From Eledone cirrhosa (taxonomy: Eukaryota): a stretch of 64,000 bases of DNA. The notes under the pieces were generated by a model that had not been told where the DNA came from, searched no databases, and saw nothing but the letters and a program-made list of their open reading frames with translations. Made by a program: the position numbers and the translations under genes. How positions within the stretch are numbered: position 1 is the stretch's first letter; every line of letters starts with the position of its first letter. Below are positions 15,269-28,937 of this stretch, in pieces. Where the stretch lies: NCBI GenBank assembly GCA_964016885.1, contig OZ024741.1, positions 273,420,001 through 273,484,000 on the forward strand, in the 5' to 3' direction.

Positions 15269-15270
<2 letters not shown>
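14678..15270 (-). mobile_element. Second R4/Dong-like subfamily, 3' fragment
   Basis: YYLPMRHDGIA, HNRPDIVVWD, VVEISCPLD, EKEDIY. Distinct 3' UTR at 14678-14870. Flanked by (TATG)n. Confidence 0.88.
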
Positions 15271-15299
<29 letters not shown>

Positions 15300-15339
15300 T
15301 GTATGTATGTATGTATGTATGTATGTATGTATGTATGTA

Positions 15340-15548
15340 CCGATGTAGTTACCGATGATGTTGATCTTTTCTTCCTTTCGGGTTATAGCTACTGTCGCTC
15401 ATAGAGTGGGATTGGCTCCGTGCACACTCTCTCCTCACTGAAAAAAAAATCTTCACGCACAGGCATTGCACAATAGCATTAATTGATAATTATTAATAAT
15501 GTTACATCATGCAATGGCCATACTCGATAACGAGGGGATAGCCATCAT
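15340..15548. mobile_element. Non-coding (TATG)n-targeted element, truncated copy 3
   Basis: atgatgttga..agagtggga.tggct..ctcact..aaaa.cttcacg.acaggcattgc, shared with 13015-13130. Confidence 0.55.
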
Positions 15549-16517
15549 GTATGTATGTATGTATGTATGTATGTATGTATGTATGTATGTATGTATGTAT
15601 GTATGTATGTATGTATGTATGTATGTATGAATATGTAGGTTGTACTTCTGTATACACACATATACCCAAATAGACTTCTAACCAGATGTCAAATAAGGGT
15701 AAGTGTGAATACGTTAGAAAATACTATGTGAGCTTATTGCGTATGTGTGCATGTGTTTGAGCGTGTGTGAATGTGTGTATTCGAGTGTTCGTATGACCGA
15801 GAGTATGTGCGCTTGAATTGTGTGTGTGTTCTAGTGTTTTTGTGACTGCGTGTATGTGCGCCTGCGTTTTAGTGTGTGTGCGTGTGTGTGTGTAAGAGTG
15901 TGTGAATGTGTTTGTGTGTCGTGTGTATGTGCGCCTGAGCTTTAATGTTTGTGTATCAAACACACACACACACACAAACATGCATACACGCAAACACACA
16001 TACAACCAAACAAACAAATACGCACACACACGCACATATATATATATACACACACACACTTATATATATATATATATATACACAATTATAGTGTTTGTGT
16101 GACCGCGTGTATGCTCGTCTCCGGACATACGTGCTACATCTATAACACATGCGAACTCTTCTGCTTGAGAAGTTCCACAAAGTCGGCTGGCACTACGAAT
16201 TAGCGCTGATTGCCTTTATCTCCGCTGGTATGCGTGTGGTGCCCTAACACTGCCTCTCCCCCTCCTGCACTGAGGCTCCCTAGCACTGCTTCTCCCCCTC
16301 CTGCACTGAGGCTCCTTAACACTGCCTTCCCCACAACACCACATTCACCCCATTACATCCTTGCTTATTCAAGAATGCTTCTTTTTTCCGACAGAAAGAT
16401 CTTCTACTAAAGATTTATTTTACACTAATTAACTTCAGCTTAACTTTAATAACTTCTTTTTCACTTTACTTTTCTCCTTTTATTACAAAATTATAAAAAA
16501 AAAAGAAAACTTACAGC

Positions 16518-16548
<31 letters not shown>

Positions 16549-17550
16549 ATCTTTCCACTTAAATATAAATATAAACACTATTTTTTTTCCATATTTCTGT
16601 CTTTGAATAAGATAACGTTTACATCTTTCCCAATCTTCCGTCTCCTGGATAAATTTTCATACTATCCAGTACATAATATATTGTATATCTCGTATACTGG
16701 TGATTCTTTCGTCACTGCTTCGGGAAGGAAAAATGGTGGCCTCAATGCTTCGCTGAGGAGGTTACAATGAAACTGAAACATATCCACATTTGTTTCTCCA
16801 CACTTATAAAAAGAAAAATGATAATTTCTAATTTAGGCACAAAGCCAGCAATTTATGGTGAGTAGACCCAGGCTCGGATATAGACCTTGCGGGGCCCAGG
16901 GTACTTCAAATTTTTTTCTTTGTGTGTATGGGGGGGGGGGGGGGGGGGGGGCATCATACACAAAATATTAGAATACGCAGCAAACCCCCAATTTTACAAT
17001 TCCTATTATTTGTACCTGCTTGGTACAAGTAATTGGAATTGAAAAGTTATACTTACAGGTATTAAATAAAAACCTAAAACTAAAAGGCCCAGCAGAGAAC
17101 TCAAATAAACTGGTACAGCTATTGCTGGTGAAGCCCTCGCCCACTGCAGGGGGCCCGGGATAATTACCCCTTTGTCACCCCCACCCCCATTAAATTAGTT
17201 CTTTACTGGTATTTTATTTTATCGACCCTGGATAAAAGGTAAGGTTGACTTCAGAGCAGAGGCATTCAGAACGTATTCTGTCTAACGCTAAAAAGATTCG
17301 GCCAAATGGTCAATTGATCAAAGGTTAAGGCGTGATGATATCAACGGTGTAAGTCGGAATTTCTATTTTGGAATAATGAAGGAGAGTTTCCCCAGCGGCC
17401 CTCCCTCCCACCTCCTTACTAGCATTTTCCTTCACTTCGTCACCACGACACCATTTCAAGTTATCCCTGGAAAGTCTTTCCAGGGATAACATGAACCGTT
17501 AAGGTATATCATCCTTGGTCATGTCAAATATTTATAAAACATTTTGTATT

Positions 17551-17605
17551 TTATCTGATGATAGTGTACCAAAATTTTTGGTACCCTTGAAATATATATA
17601 ATAGA
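17551..17605 (+). ncRNA. Hammerhead-like motif followed by AATAAA
   Basis: CTGATGA-T-AG.GTACCAAAA/TTTTGGTAC.CT-T-GAAA-TATA-TA-TAA. Stem I is imperfect. Short inverted flanks at 17527-17550 and 17604-17627. Confidence 0.5.
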
Positions 17606-17739
17606 ATAAATATGGTTTTATAAATATAGTTTCCATTTATTTAATATCATTGAATATTTATTACTCCAGAAATCTGTCGAGTGCTCCGAATCAGTTATAA
17701 ACATCTATATTTGTTGGATTTCCAACAAATTAAATATAT

Positions 17740-17816
<77 letters not shown>

Positions 17817-17865
17817 ATACAGACATACATGCATACATAGATACTTACATACATATAGATACATA

Positions 17866-18655
17866 CATGTCATCAGCAGCTGTCCAAATATGTCATCGCG
17901 GTACTATCTACCTATGAGGCATGAAGTAGTGACCAAAACACTGTACGATGCAATCCGTAGAAAAGATGTGGAAGACATCCATATGCAATCCGTAGAAAAG
18001 ATGTGGAAGACATCTATATACATAATATGAAAGAGTACCGATGGAATGTTCCAGTAAAAAACCCCAATAAAATGCAGACATAACAGACCAGATATTATGA
18101 TATGGTACAGGGAAAAGAAAGCATACACAGTAGTGGAAGTTAGCTGTCCAGCAGATGCCAATATAATATCAAAGATTAGTGAAAAGGAGAACATTTATGC
18201 AGAACTGATGAGAAATCTGCAGATACTCCACCCTGATTACACCTTCAGATTTTTGCCTGTGATTATTGGGGCACTGGGATATGTTAGTAACTGCCTCAAT
18301 ACAAATCTTGAGAAGCTAGGCTTCACAGGAACAGAAAGAACACAACTAGTTAGAAAATTACAAGTACAATCCATTAATGGAACAGTAAATATATGTAAAA
18401 CATTCCAAATATTTTGCATCTAATAACTGCATATACACATATACAGATGCAAAGCATATACACATGCACACATACAACTCAAAACATACACATCCACACA
18501 TACAATAACATCCATATCTAACATGCATGCATACATAATCTACCTAGTTGATGTTGTGTAAATTCCAATGAGAGAGTCTTCTGTCTATGTTAGAAACCGA
18601 CTCACTCTCTATTGGTAAAAATGTGTGAAATTATAAAACCAGAACATGCATACAT
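17866..18655 (+). mobile_element. R4/Dong-like LINE 3' fragment, same subfamily as 13425-14609, opposite orientation
   Basis: [34 protein letters not shown]. The 3' UTR closely matches the reverse complement of 13425-13650. CATA repeats flank it. Confidence 0.88.
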
Positions 18656-19587
18656 AGAAAGCAATGAATGCAACAAGTTGAAGTGGAGACAGAATGAATG
18701 GAGGAAAACGAAAGGAATTACTGAAAGAAAAGAGACGGAGAAAGTGAATGAGTGAGAGAGAGTGAGAGAGAGAGAGAGAGAAAGGGAGAGAGAGAGAGAG
18801 AGAGAGAGGGGGGGGAGAGAGAGAGAGAGAGAGAGATATGGAGAGAAGGAGAGAAAGAGAGAGTGAGAGAGAGAAGGAGAGAAGGAGAGAAGGAGAGAAA
18901 GAGAGTGAGAGAGAGGAGAGTAATATAGCAGAGAGAGGTGGAAAAATGAAGAAAAAGAAGAAGAAAAACGAAAACGAAAAAGAAGAAAAAGTAAGAAGCA
19001 AAAGAAAAAGAAGAAGAAGAAGAAGAAGAAGAAGAAGAAGAAGAAGAAGAAGAAGAAGAAGAAGAAGAAGAAGAAGAAATGGCATGTGGGTTGGAGGTGG
19101 GGGATCACCCTGGTTAGTTTGTCAGAATTCCAAAATACATCTATGAAGGACGTCGTGATGTCCTATAGGATTGTATTTTGGCAAGAAAGCGGAAATGACG
19201 TGGCTATTACACTATTACGAGCTGGACAGTTTATATGTGGTGAAACATCAACAACTCATTTCGTGTCTTTTATGACTCACCATTTTTATTATCTGTTGTT
19301 TGTCATCGTTGATATTTTTTTTTTTGGCAAATTAACCGGAAATGGTTACTCCTATTATCATCCTACTATTAAACTATTCTAGAAGCTTATAGAGCCGTAG
19401 CTTACACCCCAACCCTATCCATACATATACATATATAGATGCATAAAAACATATACAGACACACTTATATGGATGCGTGTAAATGCATACTTTCTGCGTA
19501 TGTACACATATATATATATATATTTAGTTTCAGAAGATCCCGTTAAGAGTGAAAGCAGCGATTCTTTGCTTAAACTTTAATCTGTTA

Positions 19588-19678
<91 letters not shown>

Positions 19679-19877
19679 GTATATATGTATATATAAATAT
19701 ATATATGTATATGTATATATAAATATATATGTGTATATATATATGTATATATATATACATATATACATATATACTAATATACATATATACATATTTATAT
19801 ATATTTAATTATATAATAAACAACAGAATATGATTATTCCATTACCTAAGTATTCTAACAGAGACGTCCGGTTCGTT

Positions 19878-19921
<44 letters not shown>

Positions 19922-19977
19922 AACGACCTCAGTCCGATTTGACGATCGGCTGTCGATATATATATATATATATCGAA

Positions 19978-20134
19978 AATCGATCGACTTTCGTCAAATC
20001 GGACCAAGGAAACAATGTTTCCGTTGGTCTTTCTAATTGCTAATACTTTCTATCGGTAGAAGAAGCAACGTGAAATAAAGTGTCTTGCCCAAGGACATAA
20101 CGCATGGTTCGGTAATCGAACTCACGATTGCGAT

Positions 20135-20138
<4 letters not shown>
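19978..20138 (-). mobile_element. SINE family B, partial
   Basis: Reverse complement of the 11850-12025 sequence, with deletions. Confidence 0.75.
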
Positions 20139-20223
<85 letters not shown>

Positions 20224-20238
20224 CATATATATATATAC

Positions 20239-20376
<138 letters not shown>

Positions 20377-20444
20377 CTCATCATTTCATATAAGTAGGCC
20401 GAATTCACTTGCAAACCGCCAGAGATTCGATTTTACTGATTTCC

Positions 20445-20506
<62 letters not shown>

Positions 20507-20512
<6 letters not shown>

Positions 20513-20643
20513 GTGAGGGTTTTTTTACAAAATGAAAAATAACCGTGGTGTCCTACACGAGTGAAAGTATAAAGAAAAAAAGATGAAATCGAAAATGCAA
20601 TTGGAGTCTCATTTTTAAAAAAAATATATATATTTATTTGGTT

Positions 20644-20646
<3 letters not shown>
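20507..20646 (-). mobile_element. Solo Penelope pLTR 3' tail in (TA)n
   Basis: Matches 37769-37899. Confidence 0.7.
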
Positions 20647-20677
<31 letters not shown>

Positions 20678-20680
<3 letters not shown>

Positions 20681-21257
20681 GGGTTGGACAAAATAATGGA
20701 AACACCTAGCATCACAGCATCATCATTTTGAAATATCTATAAAACCGTCAAAAGTTTGTTTATTTTTATATTTTTATTGTTCTCGAGGTGGTCATTAAGC
20801 CTCTGCAGTAATTTTGGGAGCTGTACTTTTGTGATCCTTTCTAACAATTCGCGTAAGAGTCCGACGGTCCCTATCTGAAAGTTTTGGTTGTCTTCCGGAG
20901 TTTTGTTTCGACGAGGAGGTTTTTCTCTCTTTCTCAAAGGCTGCCATTACTTTCGAGACAGTACTTCTTGATACACCAAACATTTCGGCTGTTTGCTTTA
21001 CACTAGCGCCTGCCATACGAGCACCAACAATTTGACCTCTTTGAAAATCCGATAAATCTGTCATTTTAATGAATTTTAATTACCTTTTTCTGATGATATC
21101 TGAAAAGAAACAGCAATTTTAACAAAACATATTAAGCAACACTAATAATAAATAAAAAAAACCCCATAAAAATAAACAACCTTTTCACGGTTTTATAGAT
21201 ATTTCAAAATTATGATGCTATGATGCTAGGTGTTTCCATTATTTTGTCCAACCCTTG
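20678..21257 (-). mobile_element. Internally deleted Tc1-family DNA transposon
   Basis: ~95-bp terminal inverted repeats (caggggttggacaaaataatggaaacacc...) in TA context. ORF 20795-21064 is a paired-like HTH: LSDFQRGQIVGAR..GVSRSTVS..GRQPKLSDRDRR. No DDE domain. Confidence 0.92.
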
Positions 21258-21346
21258 TGTATATATATATATAAATATAGATTTATACTCTGCCTTCAAT
21301 TGAGTACCTTACTTACTGTGGTTACCCCCGATTGAACCCGGGATAA

Positions 21347-21430
<84 letters not shown>

Positions 21431-21559
21431 TTTAGGTTTGTTGGTTCACAACTGGATAGAACTGGTCATTCTGTATAGTCAATCTTGAGAGCACTCGACG
21501 TAATGCAAATCACCCGTCTTCGTTTGTGTTGTTGGTGGTGCGAGTACGGAGTTAGTTAT

Positions 21560-21804
21560 TATAAAATAACAAGAAGCCGGACTGGTGTAATTCCTTAAAA
21601 GGCGGCCAACCGGACTGGAAACTGCTAAATGTTTGCCGCCTTCTCGCCTCTCGGCCTTTTCAGCCCCATGGATTGTGTCTTTAATATTCCTTTGTTAAAT
21701 TTCGAATACCTGATGATGTCACCGGATTCATACTGAACCCGGTGATTGAAATGTTCATAGTATAATAAACCTTTAAAGAATTACACCAGTCCGCCCTCTT
21801 GTTA

Positions 21805-21810
<6 letters not shown>
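21560..21810 (+). mobile_element. Fold-back module with ~42-bp inverted arms containing a hammerhead
   Basis: Arms aaataacaaga.g.cggactggtgtaattc.ttaaa.gg and cctttaaagaattacaccagtccg.cctcttgttattt. Confidence 0.7.
21706..21763 (+). ncRNA. Type-I hammerhead ribozyme motif
   Basis: ATAC-CTGATGA-T-GTCACCGG...CCGGTGAT-T-GAAA-TG-tt-CA-TA-GTAT, then AATAAA. Stems I, II and III all pair. Confidence 0.72.
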
Positions 21811-21883
<73 letters not shown>

Positions 21884-22025
21884 TACCTTGTTAAACCCCA
21901 TAAAACCAGTGTTCATCTCCAAATTAGACCAATTGTCTTTAGTATAGAAGGACCTCCCACTATAAAATCTGGTTTCTTTCCTAAATCCTCAAACCTATGC
22001 TTTCTAGTTTTCCAGGGCAAACAGG

Positions 22026-22157
<132 letters not shown>

Positions 22158-22296
22158 ATAGCGTGGAAGATAGACGTTAAACGATTATGATGATGATATA
22201 TGTGTGTATGTAAAAGGTAAACAGAAATAACAACACAATCGGTACAGTATATGGAAGGAATATATTAGGTTGCCTCTTGAAATAACAGGAAGAGTG

Positions 22297-22332
22297 TCTT
22301 AACGTTTCGGACGTTAGTCCTTCATCAGAAGA
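22297..22332 (-). ncRNA. Minimal type-I hammerhead ribozyme motif
   Basis: TCTT-CTGATGA-A-GGAC-taac-GTCC-GAAA-CG-TT-AAGA, with palindromic stem III (AACGTT). Confidence 0.75.
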
Positions 22333-22433
22333 AAGAATGAGAAATTAGCTAGATTGAAGGGACGGGCGGGGTGGAATTGGAAAAAATGTCTTTAGATAAA
22401 AATAACGGTCCATTCATGTTGCCATCTCTGTAA

Positions 22434-23066
22434 TCTATATATATATAAAACTGAGGATGTCTGTGTGTGTGTCTGTGAGTTTGAATCCATAAAACTCGAG
22501 AAGTACCCAAGCGATTTTTTTCAAACTTTACATGTGTATTACTTATTTTTCAGGGAGTGTTATGCACTTGTTGATCCCATAGGGCCCGCATTAGGTGAAA
22601 AACTGCTTTTTTTCAGCTTTTTAAGGTTTTTTTTTTTAGGCGTTACGTCAGACCAATTTGCTTGAAATTGTAACTATGTAATAGTAAGTCTCATCTTCAT
22701 ACCCCGTGAGCAAAGAAAATTCAACTTTTTATGGCCTAGGGCCCGCATTAGGTGAAAAACTTCATTTTTTCAGTTTTTTAGGGCTTTTTTGAGGCGTTAC
22801 GTCTAGTCGATTTTTTCCCGAAATTTCAAGGTATATTATGCACATAAAAAAAATTCATTTTCTTGATCCCCTAGGGCCCGCATTAGGTGAAAACCTGCAT
22901 TTTTCCTACTTCATCGAGGAAAATCTTAAAGATTATCCAGCCATCAGAGTATTCGGTTTATTTTCTTTACATATCGTCCAGGCATGCAGTTTTTCCACGA
23001 TTAGGTCTGTTGGCGGTCCGCGTTCCAAAATACCTTATCCCGTGCAACACCGGGTACAACTGCTAG
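22434..23066 (+). mobile_element. Non-autonomous Helitron
   Basis: 5' A|TC, 3' hairpin CCCG-tgcaacac-CGGG followed by CTAG|T, and three internal repeats of agggcccgcattaggtgaaaa. Confidence 0.8.
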
Positions 23067-23239
23067 TATTTAATATAGAAATGGCTTCTACATGGCTTCG
23101 AAGGAAATCATCAGGAAAGTCCTATATTAAATATTGTATATACTCTATGAATTAAGTACCTTACTTACTGTGGTTACCTCCTGATTGAACCTGGGATACA
23201 CACACACACACACACACACATATGCACATGTATATATAG

Positions 23240-24020
23240 GAGAATTAAGGCGAAGAAGATATCGGATGCTGAATTTGCCGACGACATAGTTCTGGTGATA
23301 AACACAGTGAAGGAGGCAGATGAGTTGATGCAGGATGTGGAGACTCTGTCGATGAGTGTGGGGCTGAGAAGGAATGAGATTAAGACGAAGTATCGAAGTA
23401 GAGAATATTAAGAAGCCAGAGAAGATTACTAATGTAGGTGGGAAGCCGCTAGAATTGGTTGAGGACTTCCTGTATCTGGGAGCAAAGATTGGAAACACAG
23501 AGGATGATGTTATTGAGAGGAAGAGCAAAGCCTGGGCGGCGTGCCACAGTTTGAGATTGGTGTGGAAGTCAGAACTTCGTAAAGACCTGAAGATCCACCT
23601 CTTTGTTGCTGTAGTGGAATCTGTGCTGCTGTATGTGTCTGAGACTTTGACACTGACCAAGAAACTCACTCAGATGATGGATGGGTGCTACACGATAATG
23701 CTGAGGATGGCTCTGAACATTAATCAGTATACACTGAGGATGAAGAACTCAGAGCTGTATGGAAGCCTCCCAAATGTCAGCTCAAGAGTAGCACAGAGGA
23801 GACTGAGGTTAACTGGACATGCTCACCGACATCCAGAGTTGACATTGCACTCAGTGCTCCTGTAGGAGCCCCTGCATGAACACACTGGAAGATGAAGACC
23901 AAGGTTAACATATGTTGATGCCCTAAGGACATACACCGGTCTCTTGGAGACGCAGGACATGGCAGCGATAATGAGGGACAGAGACTGCTTGAGAGAACTC
24001 GTCCATGGATCTCGGGAATT
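23240..24020 (+). mobile_element. RTE-like LINE 3' fragment (second family)
   Basis: EFADDIVL, VEDFLYLG, KSKAWAAC..LVWKS, VESVLLY, RRLRLTGHAHRH. Confidence 0.82.
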
Positions 24021-24204
24021 TTACCCGTCTTATATATATATATATGTACATACGTGTGTGTGTGTGTGTTTATTCTACCTACATACATTTTTACATATAC
24101 ACATTCACACATATACACCAACCTTTTAACATTCATATGAGCACGCACGTCTCCATCATACACGTATGCACTATATTTATGGAATACATATGTGTATTAT
24201 CGTA

Positions 24205-24257
<53 letters not shown>

Positions 24258-24266
24258 ATATGTTAA

Positions 24267-24297
<31 letters not shown>

Positions 24298-24417
24298 GTG
24301 TGTGTGTGTGTGTACGGGAATAATTATATAATTAAAAACATACGCGCGCGCACACACACATACAGACGCAGATATGTACACATATACAGACAAATATGCA
24401 TCGAAACATACATACAG

Positions 24418-24478
<61 letters not shown>

Positions 24479-24775
24479 TATATTTATATATGTATGTATA
24501 TGTAAACATATATAAACGTATACACACACACAGATAGAGATGCACTCATAGATACATACAAACATACATGCATACATACACCACATACATACACTCATAC
24601 ATACATACATATATACCTAGAAAAATGTACGGTATGCCATGCGCATTACAATTTGTACGAAGATTTCTACATTGATGACAAACTTCTATCTAATCATCAT
24701 TTTCTATCTGAACGGTCGACATTTTTTTTTTACTTTTCCAGCTTTTATAAGCCCCTCTTACTCAACAGAGAACAC

Positions 24776-24853
24776 TACCCTAACCCTAACCATATCCTAA
24801 CCCTAACCCTACCCTAACCCTAACCCTACCCTAACCCTAACCCCAACCCTAAT
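24776..24853 (+). repeat. Interstitial telomere-like (CCCTAA)n
   Basis: About 12 imperfect CCCTAA units. Confidence 0.85.
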
Positions 24854-24957
24854 CCCGAAGCCCGCACTTTCACTGATGTCTATCTCTTAATAATTATCTC
24901 TTTGCCGCTTCGTAAACCCTATTTTATTTTACCTAATATTTTAGGTTTGTGGGCTTT

Positions 24958-26966
24958 CTTGTTGTTGTCGTAGTCGTCGTCGTCATTGTTGTTGTTGTTG
25001 GTGTTGTTGTTGTTGTTGGCGGTGGCGGTGGTGGCGTTGTTGGTGTTGTTGGTGTTGTTGGTGTTGTTGTTGTTGGTGTTGTTGGTGTTGTTAGTGGTGG
25101 CGTTGTTGGTGTTGTTGGTGTTGTTGGTGTTGTTGTTGTTGGCGGTGGCGGTGGTGGCGTTGTTGGTGTTGTTGGTGTTGTTGGTGTTGTTGTTGTTGGT
25201 GGTGGCGGTGGTGGTGGTGTTGTTGGTGTTGTTGGCGGTGGTGGTGTTGTTGGTGTTGTTGGTGTTGTTGGTGTTGTTGGTGTTGTTGGTGTTGTTGGTG
25301 GTGGCGGTGGTGGTGGTAGTGTTGTTGGTGTTGTTGGTGTTGTTGTTGTTGTTGTTGTTGTTGGTGCTGTTGGTGTTGATGGTGGCGGTGGTGGTGGTGG
25401 TGGTGTTGTTGGTGTTGTTGGTGTTGTTGGTGTTGTTGGTGCTGTTGGTGTTGATGGTGGCGGTGGTGGTGGTGGTGGTGTTGTTGGTGTTGTTGTTGTT
25501 GTTGGTGGTGTTGTTGGTGTTGTTGTTGTTGTTGGTGTTGTTGTTGTTGTTGGTGCTGTTGGTGGCGATGGTGGTGGTGTTGGTGTTGATGGTGTTGATG
25601 GTGGCGGTGGTGGTGCTGGTGTTGTTGGTGTTGTTGTTGTTGTTGTTGGTGTTGTTGGTGTTGTTGGTGTTGTTGGTGTTGTTGGTGTTGTTGTTGTTGT
25701 TGGTGTTGTTGTTGGTGGTGGCGGTGGTGGTGTTGTTGGTGTTGTTGGTGTTGTTGTTGTTGTTGGTGTTGTTGTTGGTGGTGGCGGTGGTGGTGTTGTT
25801 GGTGCTGTTGTTGTTGTTGGTGCTGTTGGTGGCGGTGGTGGTGGTGCTGGTGTTGTTGGTGTTGTTGGTGCTGTTGGTGTTGATGGTGGCGGTGGTGGTG
25901 GTGGTGGTGTTGTTGGTGTTGTTGTTGTTGTTGGTGCTGTTGGTGGTGTTGTTGGTGTTGTTGGTGTTGTTGTTGTTGGTGTTGTTGTTGTTGTTGGTGC
26001 TGTTGGTGGCGGTGGTGGTGGTGCTGGTGTTGTTGGTGTTGTTGGTGCTGTTGGTGTTGATGGTGGCGGTGGTGGTGGTGGTGGTGTTGTTGGTGTTGTT
26101 GTTGTTGTTGGTGGTGTTGTTGGTGTTGTTGTTGTTGTTGGTGTTGTTGTTGTTGTTGGTGCTGTTGGTGGCGATGGTGGTGGTGTTGGTGTTGATGGTG
26201 TTGATGGTGGCGGTGGTGGTGCTGGTGTTGTTGGTGTTGTTGTTGTTGTTGTTGGTGTTGTTGGTGTTGTTGGTGTTGTTGGTGTTGTTGGTGTTGTTGG
26301 TGTTGTTGTTGGTGGTGGCGGTGGTGGTGTTGTTGGTGTTGTTGGTGTTGTTGGTGTTGTTGGTGTTGTTGGTGTTGTTGTTGGTGGTGGCGGTGGTGGT
26401 GTTGTTGGTGTTGTTGGTGTTGTTGGTGTTGTTGGTGTTGTTGGTGTTGTTGTTGGTGGTGGCGGTGGTGGTGTTGTTGGTGTTGTTGGTGTTGTTGGTG
26501 TTGTTGTTGGTGGTGGCGGTGGTGGTGTTGTTGGTGTTGTTGGTGTTGTTAGTGTTGTTGGTGGTGTTGTTGTTGGTGGTGGCGGTGGTGGTGTTGTTGG
26601 GGTTGTTGTTGTTAGTGGTGGTGGTGGTGTTGTTGTTGGTGTTGTTGGTGTTGTTGGTGTTGTTTTTGTTAGTGGTGGCGGTGATGGTGTTGTTGGTGTT
26701 GTTGGTGTTGGTGTTGTTGGTGTTGTTGGTGTTGTTGTTGTTAGTGGTGGTGGTGGTGGTGTTGTTAGTGGTGGTGGTGGTGGTGTTGTTGGTGTTGTTG
26801 GTGTTGTTGGTGTTGTTGGTGTTGTTGGTGTTGTTGGTGGTGTTGGTGTTGTTGGTGTTGTTGTTGTTGGTGTTGTTGGTGTTGTTGTTGGCGGTGGTGG
26901 TGGTGGTGGTGTTGTTGGTGGTGTTGGTGTTGTTGTTGGCGGTGGTGGTGTTGTTGGTGTTGTTGG

Positions 26967-27024
<58 letters not shown>

Positions 27025-27095
27025 CTTCTTCTTCTTCTTCTTCTTCTTCTTCTTCTTCTTCTTCTTCTTCTTCTTCTTCTTCTTCTTCTTCTCCT
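24958..27095. repeat. Cryptic (GTT/GGT)n trinucleotide array ending in (CTT)n
   Basis: 2.1 kb of in-phase GTT/GGT/GGC/GCT/GAT triplets with duplicated blocks. Confidence 0.95.
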
Positions 27096-27189
27096 TCATA
27101 GTTCCGCTTCATCGACTGATGTTATGAAGAAGGGGCTGCATTTTGTACTCAACCACCAAATGTAACCCCCTCCCCATCCGAAAAAATGA

Positions 27190-27900
27190 GAAAGGTGAGG
27201 GTGAGGTGGTTGTGGGGTGGGTTGTGAGCGTGGCGTGGACGATGGGTGGGTAGATGGGTTGTGAGGGTGGGGTGGACGAATGGTGGGTAGATGCGTTGTG
27301 AGTTAAGGGTGGGTAGATGGGTGTGAGGGTAGGGTGGATGAATGTAGGTGGATGGGTTGTGAGACTGGAGTGGACGAGGTTGTTAGGGTGGGGTGGATGA
27401 GGTGTGTGGAGATGTGTTGTGAGGGTGCGGTGGTGAGGTGTGGGGGTGGGGTGGACGACGGGTGGGTAGGTGGGTTGTGAAGATGGGGTGGGGTGGATAT
27501 GGGTGGGTAGGTGAGTGTGAGATTTAGGTGAACGACGGGTGGCTAGATGGGTGGTGGTGAGGGGTGGGTAGTTGGGTTGTGAAGGTGGGGTGGGATGGAC
27601 GATGGGTGGGTAGGTGAGCGTGAGATTTGGGTGAACGACGGGTGGCTAGATGGGTGGTGGTGAGGGGTGGGTAGTTGGGTTGTGAAGGTGGGGTGGACGA
27701 CCGGTGCGTAGATGGTGTGTGTGAAGGTGGGGTGAATGGGGTATGGGCATGTGTGTTGTGAGGGTGAGGTAGCGAGGGGTGGGTAGGTGTATTGTGAGGG
27801 TGGAGTTGTGAGGTTGTGATGGTGAGTGTTGGGTGGATGGGTGGTGGTGAGGGAGGGGTAGGTGTGTTATGAGGGTATGGGAGCGGGGAGCGACGAGGGG
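27190..27900. repeat. G-rich degenerate minisatellite
   Basis: Recurrent gggtgggtagatgggttgtgagggtggggtggacga. Confidence 0.75.
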
Positions 27901-27997
27901 TAACAGTGTTTGAAATCAGCCGCTGTGGGGGCTTCCCATCTACCGAACCAACCAGGTGTTGTTTATTGCTGGGTGCTGGAATGGCAGATGAAGAGGA

Positions 27998-28400
27998 CGT
28001 GGATGATGATGATGATGGTGGTTATGGTGGTGGGGATATGATGGTGGTGGTGGTGGTGATGGTGATGATGGTGGTGGTTGTGGTGGTGGTGATGTGAGGG
28101 TGGTGGTGGTGGTGATGATGGCGGAGGTGAAGATGATGGTGATGATGATGGTGGTTTTAGTGGTGGTGATATGATGGTGGTGGTTGTGGTGGTGGTGATA
28201 TGATGGTGGTGGTGGTGATGGTGATGATGATGGTGGTTATGGTGGTGGTGGTGATATGATGGTGGTGCTGGTGGTGATGATGGCGGAGGTGATGATGATG
28301 GTGATGATAATGGTGATGATAATGATGGTGATGGTGGTTATGATGATGATGATATGATGGTGGTGGTGGTTACGTTGATGATAATGATGATGGTGGTGAA

Positions 28401-28434
<34 letters not shown>

Positions 28435-28632
28435 GCGATGGTGGTGATGATGATGATAATGATGATTATGATGGTGATGGTGGTGATGATGATGATAATG
28501 ATGATGATGGTGGTGGTGGTGGTGGTGATGGTAGTGGTGGTGATGATGATAGTGATGATGATGATGGTAGTGGTGGTGGTGGTGGGGATGATGATGATAA
28601 TGATGGTAATGATGATGATGATGATGATGATG
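27998..28632. repeat. (GAT/GGT)n low-complexity tract
   Basis: Visible directly in the sequence. Confidence 0.9.
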
Positions 28633-28937
28633 AAGAAGAAAGAAAGAAAGGCAGAAAGAAGGGCAGATAAAAACCAGAAATAAATAAAAGCAAGAGAGAA
28701 TGAAAGAAAGAAACAAAGGAAGAAAGGAAGAAATACAGAATGAAAAGAAGTAAGAAAGAAAGAAGGAAGGAAGTAAGAAAGACAGAAAGAAAGACAGAAA
28801 GAATGAAGCAATGTAAACAACAATGGTACGCCTACTTCTGATTAAAAACACCTGATTTTTTAAAAATCTTCATTGTTTTATTGTTGTTGTTGTTGTTGTT
28901 GTTGTTGTTATTGTTGTTGTTTTTATTATTATTATTA

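Noticed and set aside
24776-24853. True telomere
   Set aside because: The tract is short, degenerate and internal to the window.
24919-27165. 700+ aa ORFs (poly-N/T, V/G, L/V)
   Set aside because: They are translations of a stop-free trinucleotide array open in several frames, with no domain, splice or start context.
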